Shown piece after piece: positions 8,212 through 16,220 of a stretch of 46,872 nucleotides of DNA. Numbering within the stretch: the first letter of the stretch is position 1; each line of letters starts with the position of its first letter. The notes below the pieces were generated by a model. It searched no databases. It was not told where the DNA came from and saw only the letters and a list, made by a program, of their open reading frames with translations. The stretch is from Phycisphaerales bacterium (GTDB lineage: Bacteria > Planctomycetota > Phycisphaerae > Phycisphaerales > SM1A02), in NCBI GenBank assembly GCA_044341665.1, contig JBIIRG010000001.1:1-46872 (forward strand), read 5' to 3'. Both the position numbers and the translations under genes were made by a program.

Positions 8212-9468
8212 ATGCCCGCAGCCGATGACCCGCTTGCGCCTCCCGCTGCCTTCGCCCTCGTCGAGCGGCTGGGCTCGGGCCGCGTGCTCGTGCGCGATGT
8301 CACGGTCGCGGCCGCCGAAGCGCGTTGCGCGGCGCCTGCGCTCGAGGATGCGTTCGCGCGCCACCCTGGCCTCGCGTGCGCGGTCGCCAAGCGCGTGCGC
8401 GCCGACGGGATCGCCGCACACGGCGCGTTCGTGCTGCATCCCAAGGGATTCGTGCGCAACGGCCGCGGCGCTCCGTGCGATGCCGAGCGCTTCGACGAGG
8501 AGGTCGACACCGTCGACGCGGGCGTCGCGCTGGTCGATGGCGACGCCTTCGCCACTGCCCGCGGCGAGGTCCTCTGTGATCCGCGTGCAGGCTACGGCGC
8601 ACTCGCGCTCGTCGCGCTCGGACTCGAGATCCGGCGACGCCGCGCAGGGCGCGTGATCGCCGTGGCGGCGGCGGAAACACATGAGTCGGGCGACACGGAT
8701 GCGATCCTCGAGCGCGAGGGGCTCGCGAACGAGGTTGCGCGCGCCCACATGCGCTCGCACTTCGGATTCGACGTCGACGGCTGCGACCTCGACCGCGTGG
8801 CCGCGTCCGCCACGCTCGACGGACTTCGCTGGAACGCGCGCATCTGGGGCGCGCCCGCCTCGTTCGCCAAGTACGACGACCGCGGGGCGTACCACTGGCA
8901 GCTCTACGGCTCGCACGATGCGTATCGCCGCCGCGCCGACGCGCTCGTGTCGTTCCTGGCCGCGAATCTGCCCGCGGGCAGCGCGCCCGTGCTCGACGTC
9001 GGTGCAGGCGACGCGCTGTTTGCGGGGCTCGTCGCCCGCATGGGGGAGCGCACGGTCGCGCTCGACCCCGAGCCGCGGGCGGTCGCTTGCGCGCAGCAGG
9101 CCATCGCCGAATCGGGGCTTTCGGCACGCGTCGACTGCATGCTTGGCAGCGCGGAAAGCCTGCCGTTTCCCGATGCGACCTTCCGCGCGGCCATGCTCCT
9201 CGACGTGATCGAGCACCTCCGCAATCCCGTGCGCGCGCTCGCCGAAATCCGACGCGTGCTCGCGCCATCGGGCGTACTTCTCGTCGCGACGCCCGCGTGG
9301 CGGTACGGGCACCGGAACGACCCCGTCTATCACCTCGACGAATACCGCGAGGAAGAGCTCGCGCGCCAACTCCGCGCCTGCGGCTTCACCGTCATGCAGA
9401 CCGCGCGCATCAAGGGCGCGTACGACGACATCGTGATGCTCGCGCAGCGCAGCACCGACCGCGATTGA
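8212..9468 (+). CDS. Class I SAM-dependent methyltransferase with an N-terminal region of about 200 aa of unknown function
   Basis: This is the 3' portion of the 1432-aa + strand track ORF. It contains VLDVGAGDALFAGLVARMG...VALDP (motif I), ...LLDVIEHLRNPVRALAEIRRVLAPSGVLLV (motifs II/III) and a Methyltransf_11/23-like core. The start at ATG 8212 was chosen as the first ATG after the ileS start; it is uncertain. Confidence 0.7.
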   Translation: MPAADDPLAPPAAFALVERLGSGRVLVRDVTVAAAEARCAAPALEDAFARHPGLACAVAKRVRADGIAAHGAFVLHPKGFVRNGRGAPCDAERFDEEVDTVDAGVALVDGDAFATARGEVLCDPRAGYGALALVALGLEIRRRRAGRVIAVAAAETHESGDTDAILEREGLANEVARAHMRSHFGFDVDGCDLDRVAASATLDGLRWNARIWGAPASFAKYDDRGAYHWQLYGSHDAYRRRADALVSFLAANLPAGSAPVLDVGAGDALFAGLVARMGERTVALDPEPRAVACAQQAIAESGLSARVDCMLGSAESLPFPDATFRAAMLLDVIEHLRNPVRALAEIRRVLAPSGVLLVATPAWRYGHRNDPVYHLDEYREEELARQLRACGFTVMQTARIKGAYDDIVMLAQRSTDRD

Positions 9469-9522
9469 CAAGAACCTCACCCGGAGGCGAGCGCGACTCA
9501 CCCGCGCCCGCCACCACCAGAG

Positions 9523-9618
9523 GGAGCCGCCGCAGCGGCGACCGCTCCAACTACCCCGCCGCCGCAGCGGCGACCGCCCAGACCACCCCGCCGCCGCAGC
9601 GGCGACCGCTCAACTCAC
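9523..9618. repeat. Three tandem copies of a 32-bp unit, each with a GC hairpin
   Basis: The units are 9523-9554 (ggagccgccgcagcggcgaccgctccaactac), 9555-9586 (cccgccgccgcagcggcgaccgcccagaccac) and 9587-9618 (cccgccgccgcagcggcgaccgctcaactcac). Each contains CGCCG-CAG-CGGCG (5-bp stem, triloop). They lie between convergent gene ends. Confidence 0.9.
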
Positions 9619-9794
9619 GGATGTTCCCCCGGCTTCACGACCTCATCGAGGTACTTCTGGAAGTCGCCCATCTTGTAGGAGATGAAGCACAGCGCGTGAT
9701 GAAGCGCGAAGTACTCCGGATCGGTCATGTCCTTGTCGACATCGCCGCGCAGGCGGTTGAGCTCCGCGATCACCACTTCGGCCTTGACTTTCAT
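9615..9794 (-). CDS. Small hypothetical protein (59 aa), below the ORF-track cutoff, immediately downstream of the ZIP transporter
   Basis: Hand translation gives MKVKAEVVIAELNRLRGDVDKDMTDPEYFALHHALCFISYKMGDFQKYLDEVVKPGEHP*. The third codon position is strongly G/C, like the real genes here. GAGGAAG lies 7 nt upstream of the ATG. The ATG is 15 nt after the ZIP stop. Confidence 0.5.
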   Translation of the reverse strand: MKVKAEVVIAELNRLRGDVDKDMTDPEYFALHHALCFISYKMGDFQKYLDEVVKPGEHP

Positions 9795-9809
9795 GCTGCT
9801 CGCTTCCTC

Positions 9810-10967
9810 TCAGTGGACGTGGTTCGGATCGGAGTGATCGTGGTCGTGGGAATCCGCAGGCGCAGGCTTCGTGGGATTCACCAGCCCATGCGAGTGGCCG
9901 TGCGCGTGGTCATGCGCATGCCCGTGGTCGTGCGACTGCGCCACCGACGACTCGATGCGCGCGATGGTGGCGGCAAGCGCAAGTCCCACGAGAAGCGCGG
10001 CGGAGAGCCCGACGCGATCGTGGCGGTGAAACTGCAGCTCAGGCAGCAGGTCGCTCGTGGCGATGCAGATGAAGGTGCCCGCGCTGAATGCGAGCGCGTA
10101 CGGCAGGATCTCCGCGCCGTTCTCCGAGACGCCGAGCCAGAGCATCGCGGCACCGACCGGAACGACCAGCGCGAAGAGCGCGTTCACCGCGTGCGCGAAG
10201 CCTGCGGGCCGCCCCGCGGCACGCACGAGCGTGGTGATCGTCAGGCCATCGAACGGCTTGTGCAGCAGGATCACGAGGAAGGTCGAGAGCCCCGCGATCA
10301 CGCCCGTCTCGCCGTGCGCGGCCGCAGCGAGCACCGCCGCCGAAAGCGCCACGCCCTCGAGGATGCTGTGGAGCGTGAGACCGATCGCGGCGCCCACCCA
10401 GCCGAGCTCGCTCACCTTCTTGGGCTTGCGCCCGTGCGCATGTCCGTGCGAGTGGCCATGCGTCTGGCCAGGCGTCTGACCATGCCCGTCGCACCCGTCG
10501 TCGCAGCAATCATGGTGCCCCGCATGCTCAGGCGACTCGTGCTGGTGGAAGTGAAAGAACCGCTCCAGCAGGAACATGGCCATGAAGCCGAGCACCACCG
10601 AGAGCACCACCCCGTCGAGCGAGGCGTGCAGGGCCCCGTGGCTCATCGCCGCGTCGCCGTTCGACTCGAGCGCGATGATGATCGCGTGCGGCAGGAGGTG
10701 CAGCACGCCCACGCCAAGCATGGTGCCGCCGACGAAACTCAGCGCGAACTGAAGCCGCCGATGGCTCAACTTGAGCGTGGCGGCCAGCGCTCCGCCCGCG
10801 AGCGACGCGAGGCCGACGGCCAGGCAGTAGATCGTGATCTGCCAGCCCGGCGACAGCCCCTCCGCCACGGCGGACGCGGACGCGACCGAGGAGGATGCAG
10901 CGGTCGCAGCGGCGGCCTCCGGAACATCCTGGACCAATGCGGCAAGCACGGTGTGGGAGATCAACAT
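9810..10967 (-). CDS. ZIP-family divalent metal transporter (ZupT-like) with His-rich loops
   Basis: 385 aa from ATG 10965-10967. It is multi-TM, with ...LHSILEGVALSAAV... (ZIP signature-like), a cytoplasmic loop HQHESPEHAGHHDCCDDGCDGHGQTPGQTHGHSHGHAHG and a C-terminal HDHGHAHDHAHGHSHG tail. The longer track start (11054) would run into the tRNA promoter. Confidence 0.85.
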   Translation of the reverse strand: MLISHTVLAALVQDVPEAAAATAASSSVASASAVAEGLSPGWQITIYCLAVGLASLAGGALAATLKLSHRRLQFALSFVGGTMLGVGVLHLLPHAIIIALESNGDAAMSHGALHASLDGVVLSVVLGFMAMFLLERFFHFHQHESPEHAGHHDCCDDGCDGHGQTPGQTHGHSHGHAHGRKPKKVSELGWVGAAIGLTLHSILEGVALSAAVLAAAAHGETGVIAGLSTFLVILLHKPFDGLTITTLVRAAGRPAGFAHAVNALFALVVPVGAAMLWLGVSENGAEILPYALAFSAGTFICIATSDLLPELQFHRHDRVGLSAALLVGLALAATIARIESSVAQSHDHGHAHDHAHGHSHGLVNPTKPAPADSHDHDHSDPNHVH

Positions 10968-11019
10968 GGGGCGGGGAGGATAGCGGACGAAAGTGCGCTG
11001 TTTCCGGCGGTTCTGGGCG

Positions 11020-11048
11020 TTGGCATGAACTCGGAGCCGTGCTATACT
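11020..11048 (+). promoter_or_regulatory. Sigma-70-type promoter for tRNA-Ala
   Basis: TTGGCA (11020-11025), a 17-nt spacer and TATACT (11043-11048). The tRNA 5' end is 14 nt downstream. Confidence 0.6.
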
Positions 11049-11062
11049 CTCCACCCTCCCAT

Positions 11063-11135
11063 GGGGTGGTAGCTCAATTGGGAGAGCGCCTCGGTCGCAT
11101 CGAGGAGGTTGTGAGTTCGATCCTCATCCACTCCA
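11063..11135 (+). tRNA. tRNA-Ala (anticodon CGC)
   Basis: The cloverleaf folds by hand: acceptor GGGGTGG/CCACTCC with the G3:U70 alanine identity pair, D arm GCTC-AATTGGGA-GAGC, anticodon arm CCTCG-GTCGCAT-CGAGG, and T arm GTGAG-TTCGATC-CTCAT. It is 73 nt and CCA is not encoded. Confidence 0.92.
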
Positions 11136-11142
11136 CTTGATC

Positions 11143-11177
11143 GAAACGGGCCCCAGTTCGGGGCCCGTTTCGTTTTT
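11143..11177 (+). terminator. Rho-independent terminator after tRNA-Ala
   Basis: GAAACGGGCCCC-AGTT-CGGGGCCCGTTTC is followed by GTTTTT. Confidence 0.85.
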
Positions 11178-11263
11178 CCGCGTCGCGTGGGATCGCACGC
11201 GGCGGGAATGACACGGCGATTCAGGCGCATTTCGCGCTATTCTCGGCGGTCCGCGAGCACTCC

Positions 11264-13954
11264 GTGACCTTCCCTACCACTGCCCCAGCATCCCGCGACG
11301 TCTCCTGGGCCGATCCGTCGCTCAACCCCCACTTCGCGACCCCCGCCATGCGGCAGTACGCGAAGGCGAAGAAGGAGCACCCAGACTGCCTCCTCTTCTT
11401 CCGGATGGGCGACTTCTACGAGATGTTCGACCGCGACGCGGTGCTCGCGCACAAGCTGCTCGCGATCACGCTGACCGAGCGGACGAAGGGCCTGCCGATG
11501 GCGGGCGTGCCGTTCCACGCCGCCGAGGGGTACATCCGCAAGCTCGTCGCGATGGGGCACCGCGTCGCCGTCTGCGAGCAGATGCAGGACCCGAAGGACG
11601 CGAAGGGCGTGGTCGAGCGCGCGGTGACGCGCGTGCTCACGCCGGGAACGCTCGTCGACGAGACGCTGCTCGATGCGGGCGCGGCCAACCGCGTGGCGGC
11701 GGTCGCGATCGAGGGTGCCGAGGCGCACATCGCTTCGATCGAGGTCTCGACGGGCGCGTTCAGCGTGCTGTCATGCCCCATCGGGCTGCTCGGCGATGAA
11801 CTGGCGCGCGTCGCGCCGAGCGAACTCGTCCACGCTGAGGAGCGCGACGGGAGCGTGCATCCCGAGATCACGCGTCTTGGCGCGCGAGGACTTGTGCTGA
11901 CCGCGCGCGCAGGCTGGTACTTCCGCGCGAGCGATGCATTCGATGCGCTCACCGCGCAGTTCGGCGTGAAGAGCCTCGAGGGCTTCGGCTTCGCGAAGGC
12001 CGAACCCGCGATCGGCGCCGCGGGCGCGATCCTGCGCTACGCGCTCGAGACGCAGACGACGGCGGACGCGTCGGGGCGGATCCCGCATCTCTCGCCGCCG
12101 AAACGGCTCGCGCGCGGCGCGTATCTGTCGGTGGACGCGACCACGCTGCGCGCGCTCGAGATCGAGCGGACGCTGCGGACGGGCGCGATCGAGGGCAGCC
12201 TTCTCTCGATCTTCGACGCGGCGGCGACGCCGATGGGCCGGCGCCTCGTGCGCGACTGGCTGTGCTATCCGCTCGCGGAGAAGGGCGCGATCGATGCGCG
12301 GCTCGACCGCGTCGCGGCGCTTGCGGCCGACGAGCGGTTTGCCGACGCAGTCGCGGGCCAACTCGGCAACCTGCAGGATGTCGCGCGCATCGCGGGCCGC
12401 GCGGCCCTCGGACGCGCGACGCCGCGCGATTTCCTAGCGCTCGCGCGATCGCTTGCGGCGATCGAGCCGCTGTCGGTGACGCTTGCGCCGAGCGCTGCGT
12501 TCGCGGCCGATTGCGCGGACCTCACGCGCATCGCCCCGCTGCTCTCACCGCTGACGGCCAAGCTCGCACGCGCGATCAAGCCCGACGCGCCGACGCACCT
12601 CCGCGAAGGCGGCGTGTTCGCCGACGGATTCGACCTCGAGCTCGACGAGACGCGGCTCCTCCAGCGCGATTCGAGCGCGTGGCTCGCGAACTACCAGGAG
12701 TCGCTGGTCGCCTCGACGGGCATCGCGAGCCTCAAGGTCGGCTTCAACTCGGTGTTCGGCTACTACATCGAGCTTTCGGCCGCGAACAGCGCGAAGGCGC
12801 CCGCGGAGTTCACGCGCAAGCAGACGCTGCGCAACGCCGAGCGCTACATCACGCCCGAACTCAAGGTGTTCGAGGAAAAGGTCCTGCGCGCCGAGGCGAA
12901 CGGGATCGCGCGCGAGAAGGAACTGTGGACGCAGCTGCTCGCCGAAGTCGCGACGCACATCGCCGAGATCGTCGCCTTCGGCGAGCGCGCCGCGGAGCTC
13001 GACGCGCTCTCGTGCCTCGCGTCGATCGCGCGACGGCAGCGCTGGACGCGGCCTGAGATCACGGAGAGTCGCGGCATCTCGATCGACGGCGGACGCCATC
13101 CCGTGCTCGACCGCACGCTTGCGTCAAGCTTCGTCCCGAACGACACGGCGCTCGGCGGCAGCGCGGGCTCGCCGACGCTTGCCCTCATCACGGGCCCGAA
13201 CATGGCCGGCAAGAGCACCTACATCCGCCAGGTCGCGCTGATCGCGCTGCTCGCGCACGTCGGTTCGTTCGTGCCCGCCGCCAAGGCCGAGATCGGCGTG
13301 CTCGACGCGATCCTCACGCGCATCGGAAGCGCCGACGAGATCCACTCCGGACAGTCGACCTTCATGGTCGAGATGACGGAGACCGCAAACATCCTGCACC
13401 ACGCGAGCGAGCGCAGCCTCGTGATCCTCGACGAGATCGGCCGCGGAACGAGCACGCTCGACGGGCTGAGCCTTGCGTGGGCAATCACCGAAACGCTCGC
13501 CGCGCGCGGCGCGTGCACGCTGTTCGCGACGCACTACCACGAGCTCACGCAGCTCGCCGACACGCTGCCTGCCGTGACGAACCTCCATGTCTCCGTCCGC
13601 GAGTGGAATGACGAGGTGGTGTTCCTGCACAGGATCGTGCCGGGCCGCACGGACCGGAGCTACGGCATCCATGTGGCGCGCCTCGCGGGGCTGCCACGCG
13701 AGACCGTCGCGCGGGCGCGGGAAGTCCTCGACCTGCTCGGCAAGGTCGAGGTGGCCGACGCGCTCGCGGGACGCGCGAAGGAAGTCGCAGCGGCGTCCGC
13801 ACCGCGAAGGCCGCAGGCGGCGCCTCAGATGTCGCTGTTCACGGAGTACCTGGAGCACCCGGCGGTTGCGGAACTCCGCAAGGTGGACATGAACGCGCTG
13901 ACGCCCCTGGCAGCGTTCGACCTCCTCCGCAAACTCGCCGACTCCACCCGCTAA
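11264..13954 (+). CDS. mutS: DNA mismatch repair protein MutS
   Basis: 896 aa with a GTG start. It contains TPAMRQYAKAKKEHPDCLLFFRMGDFYEMF (the mismatch-binding Phe-x-Glu region), the Walker A motif ITGPNMAGKSTYIRQ, and ...STFMVEM... and ...DEIGRGTST... motifs. Confidence 0.95.
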   Translation: MTFPTTAPASRDVSWADPSLNPHFATPAMRQYAKAKKEHPDCLLFFRMGDFYEMFDRDAVLAHKLLAITLTERTKGLPMAGVPFHAAEGYIRKLVAMGHRVAVCEQMQDPKDAKGVVERAVTRVLTPGTLVDETLLDAGAANRVAAVAIEGAEAHIASIEVSTGAFSVLSCPIGLLGDELARVAPSELVHAEERDGSVHPEITRLGARGLVLTARAGWYFRASDAFDALTAQFGVKSLEGFGFAKAEPAIGAAGAILRYALETQTTADASGRIPHLSPPKRLARGAYLSVDATTLRALEIERTLRTGAIEGSLLSIFDAAATPMGRRLVRDWLCYPLAEKGAIDARLDRVAALAADERFADAVAGQLGNLQDVARIAGRAALGRATPRDFLALARSLAAIEPLSVTLAPSAAFAADCADLTRIAPLLSPLTAKLARAIKPDAPTHLREGGVFADGFDLELDETRLLQRDSSAWLANYQESLVASTGIASLKVGFNSVFGYYIELSAANSAKAPAEFTRKQTLRNAERYITPELKVFEEKVLRAEANGIAREKELWTQLLAEVATHIAEIVAFGERAAELDALSCLASIARRQRWTRPEITESRGISIDGGRHPVLDRTLASSFVPNDTALGGSAGSPTLALITGPNMAGKSTYIRQVALIALLAHVGSFVPAAKAEIGVLDAILTRIGSADEIHSGQSTFMVEMTETANILHHASERSLVILDEIGRGTSTLDGLSLAWAITETLAARGACTLFATHYHELTQLADTLPAVTNLHVSVREWNDEVVFLHRIVPGRTDRSYGIHVARLAGLPRETVARAREVLDLLGKVEVADALAGRAKEVAAASAPRRPQAAPQMSLFTEYLEHPAVAELRKVDMNALTPLAAFDLLRKLADSTR

Positions 13955-13957
13955 ATC

Positions 13958-13981
13958 GGTGCACGGCACGTGCCGTGCCGT
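13958..13981. terminator. Perfect palindrome between the convergent mutS and thioredoxin-like genes (likely bidirectional terminator or REP-like site)
   Basis: GCACGGCACGTGCCGTGC (13961-13978) is an 18-nt perfect palindrome, with an extra slipped GTGCC copy. The gap between the two stop codons is only 37 nt. Confidence 0.5.
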
Positions 13982-13991
13982 GCCCAGCATG

Positions 13992-14558
13992 TCACTCGCC
14001 GTGCTTGTGCCGCAGCCGCGGGCTCAGCCGCAGCATCCACTGCACGCGCTCGAACTCGTCGAGCCACTCCTGAAGCACAGCGGCGGTCTCATCGACGGGA
14101 ATCTCCGCCCACGGCAACTCGCACGCCGCGCCAAGCTGGCGGCGCGCAAGGCCGCGGTATCGCGACAGCGTGCGGTCACCCGCGATCGCGCATGTCTCGA
14201 AGTCCTCGGCTGCGAACACCACCACCGGCACCCGCCCGCCGCCGCAGATCCTGAGTCGTGACGAGAGCTCCGCCTCGGCGTCGCGATCGACCCAGCGAAG
14301 GTCGATCCGCGGGTTCGCCTCCGCGATCCGCGCCAGGAGCGGCCCCTGCTGCACGCAGTCGCCGCACCAGATGCCGCTGACGACCAGCACCTTCATCTCA
14401 CGCACGAAGCTCGCGACCTCGGCGCGCTGCTGCCCGCTCAGCGCGATCTGGCCGTACACGGTCCGCCAGCCGCCCGCGCGGGCGGGATCGGTCGCGAGAT
14501 AGCGGTCGAAGGGCAGCGCACGGGCAAAGGTGGACTCAAGGATGGCGCGTTCGAGCAT
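13992..14558 (-). CDS. Thioredoxin-fold protein
   Basis: 188 aa from ATG 14556-14558. It has a WCGDC active-site-like CxxC in ...KVLVVSGIWCGDCVQQGPLLARI... The 12 codons upstream in the track ORF are unlikely to be coding. Confidence 0.6.
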   Translation of the reverse strand: MLERAILESTFARALPFDRYLATDPARAGGWRTVYGQIALSGQQRAEVASFVREMKVLVVSGIWCGDCVQQGPLLARIAEANPRIDLRWVDRDAEAELSSRLRICGGGRVPVVVFAAEDFETCAIAGDRTLSRYRGLARRQLGAACELPWAEIPVDETAAVLQEWLDEFERVQWMLRLSPRLRHKHGE

Positions 14559-14603
14559 GGAGGTCTTCCGATGGGGTGGAGCCCGAGCGTACACTCGTTC
14601 TCG

Positions 14604-16220
14604 ATGCGCGTCGCCCGGAACGGCCTCCTTGCACTCGCACTCCTCGGTGGGAGTGGAGTGGCAGCGCGCGCGCAGGATGCGGCCGTCACCACCGATCCAC
14701 CGGTGAGCTCCCCCGCCGCGCCCGCGATCGAACTGGCAAACGCCTCGCCGGCCGAGTCCGAGGCGCTGAACCGCCTTGCCACCGCACGCGCCTGGCCCTC
14801 GCGGGCACTCGCCGCGATGCGACTCGAGCGCTTCGACTGCGAGACCAGCAGCACCAGACTGCGCGCACTCGCGACAGACCCATCGTGGCGCGTGCGCGCC
14901 TATGCGTTCGCCTGCCTCGCGCGTCGCGGCACCGTGCTGCCGCCCGAAGTGCTGGCGGCCGAGACCGATCCGCGCGTCCTCCGCACCATCCTGCGCGCGC
15001 GCTACCCGCTTGCACAGGCGACCGTCGACGCGCGCATCCGCCGCTGCGAGGAGTCCGCCAATCTGATCGAGGCGATGGTCGCACTCGAGTGCCTCACGGC
15101 GCTCAGCGAGGCAGCGGCGCCTGCGTCCGATGCGGACCGATCCGCGTCGCCCGCAGCGAAGGCCCTCCGCGAGCGCATGGACGACCTCCTGTCGCGCATC
15201 ATCCTGCGCATGGATCGGCCGCAGGGCGGCGTGCTCTCGCCGCGGCTCGCCGCGATCACCTCAGGCGACGACTCGGGCCGAAACTACCGCTGGCGCGAGT
15301 GGTATCGCAAGAGCAAGTCGCGCCCAGGGTACGACGCTGCGACGCTCGTCCCCGCAACTCCGGCGGGCGCGCGCCAGGTCGGGCGCAACAAGGTCGCCGA
15401 TCTCGACCCCGAGCGGTTCGTTGCGTTCGAGGGCTACCTCGCGAGCGTGGCGGACCGCCCGATGGACCTCGCGATCCTGATCGACTGCACCGCGAGCATG
15501 TCGCGCGAGCTTGCCGACGCGCAGGGCGGCATCGACGACCTCGTGGACTTCCTCGGCAGCGTGACGCGGGGCGTGCGCATCGGCATCGTGGGATACCGCG
15601 ACCAATCCGATGACTGGGAGACCCGCGGATGGGACTTCACGCAGAGCCTCGACGAGGCCCGCGCCCGGCTCTGGTCGCTCGCCGCGGAAGGCGGCGGCGA
15701 TACGCCAGAAAGCGTGCACGCCGCGCTCAAGCTGGCGCTCACGCGATTCTCGTGGCTGCCCGATGCTGCAGCCAACACGCCGCAGCCGATCCGCGCAGCC
15801 GTCCTGGTGGGCGATGCGCCGCCGCATCCGGGCGAAGGCACCCTCTGCATCGAACTCGCTCGCCGTGCCGCCGCTCGCGGGCTCCGCCTCTACGGCATCG
15901 TGGCACGCGACAGCGAGACGAACCTGAAGCCGGAGGATGAAGGCGAACGCGCGCCAGCTTCGTCGCCTACACCGCCCACCGAGCCCACGCGCCCCCGCGA
16001 CCCCGCGCAGGTCGAACCGCCGAAGCCGCCGCCGCCCGCAATGAAGCGGAGGCAGAGCTACACGCTCTTTCCCGAGATCGCCGAAGCCGGTGGCGGTCGC
16101 GCCGAGATCCTCAAGGACAAGGACTCGCTCGTCGCCGAGATCGCCGAACTCACCATCGCGGACAAGTACCGCGAGGAGTTCTCCGATTTCTTCGCGGCGT
16201 TCCGCCTGCTCTGCCGCTAG
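14604..16220 (+). CDS. Secreted HEAT-repeat plus von Willebrand factor A (vWA) domain protein
   Basis: 538 aa from ATG 14604. It has a signal-like N-terminus (MRVARNGLLALALLGGSGVAARAQD), HEAT_PBS-like DPSWRVRAYAFACLARRG, and a vWA core DLAILIDCTASMS...GIVGYRD...GGGDTPESVHAAL (MIDAS-like DxTxS ... T ... D). Confidence 0.65.
   Translation: MRVARNGLLALALLGGSGVAARAQDAAVTTDPPVSSPAAPAIELANASPAESEALNRLATARAWPSRALAAMRLERFDCETSSTRLRALATDPSWRVRAYAFACLARRGTVLPPEVLAAETDPRVLRTILRARYPLAQATVDARIRRCEESANLIEAMVALECLTALSEAAAPASDADRSASPAAKALRERMDDLLSRIILRMDRPQGGVLSPRLAAITSGDDSGRNYRWREWYRKSKSRPGYDAATLVPATPAGARQVGRNKVADLDPERFVAFEGYLASVADRPMDLAILIDCTASMSRELADAQGGIDDLVDFLGSVTRGVRIGIVGYRDQSDDWETRGWDFTQSLDEARARLWSLAAEGGGDTPESVHAALKLALTRFSWLPDAAANTPQPIRAAVLVGDAPPHPGEGTLCIELARRAAARGLRLYGIVARDSETNLKPEDEGERAPASSPTPPTEPTRPRDPAQVEPPKPPPPAMKRRQSYTLFPEIAEAGGGRAEILKDKDSLVAEIAELTIADKYREEFSDFFAAFRLLCR

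Noticed and set aside
5170-9468. A 1432-aa + strand ORF mirrored by a 1432-aa - strand ORF (5203-9501). This looks like a giant overlapping gene pair.
   Set aside because: This is a GC-rich shadow effect. Only 5203-8082 (-) is ileS and only 8212-9468 (+) is the methyltransferase. The remainder of each ORF is Arg/Ala/Pro-rich antisense read-through with no protein-like features.
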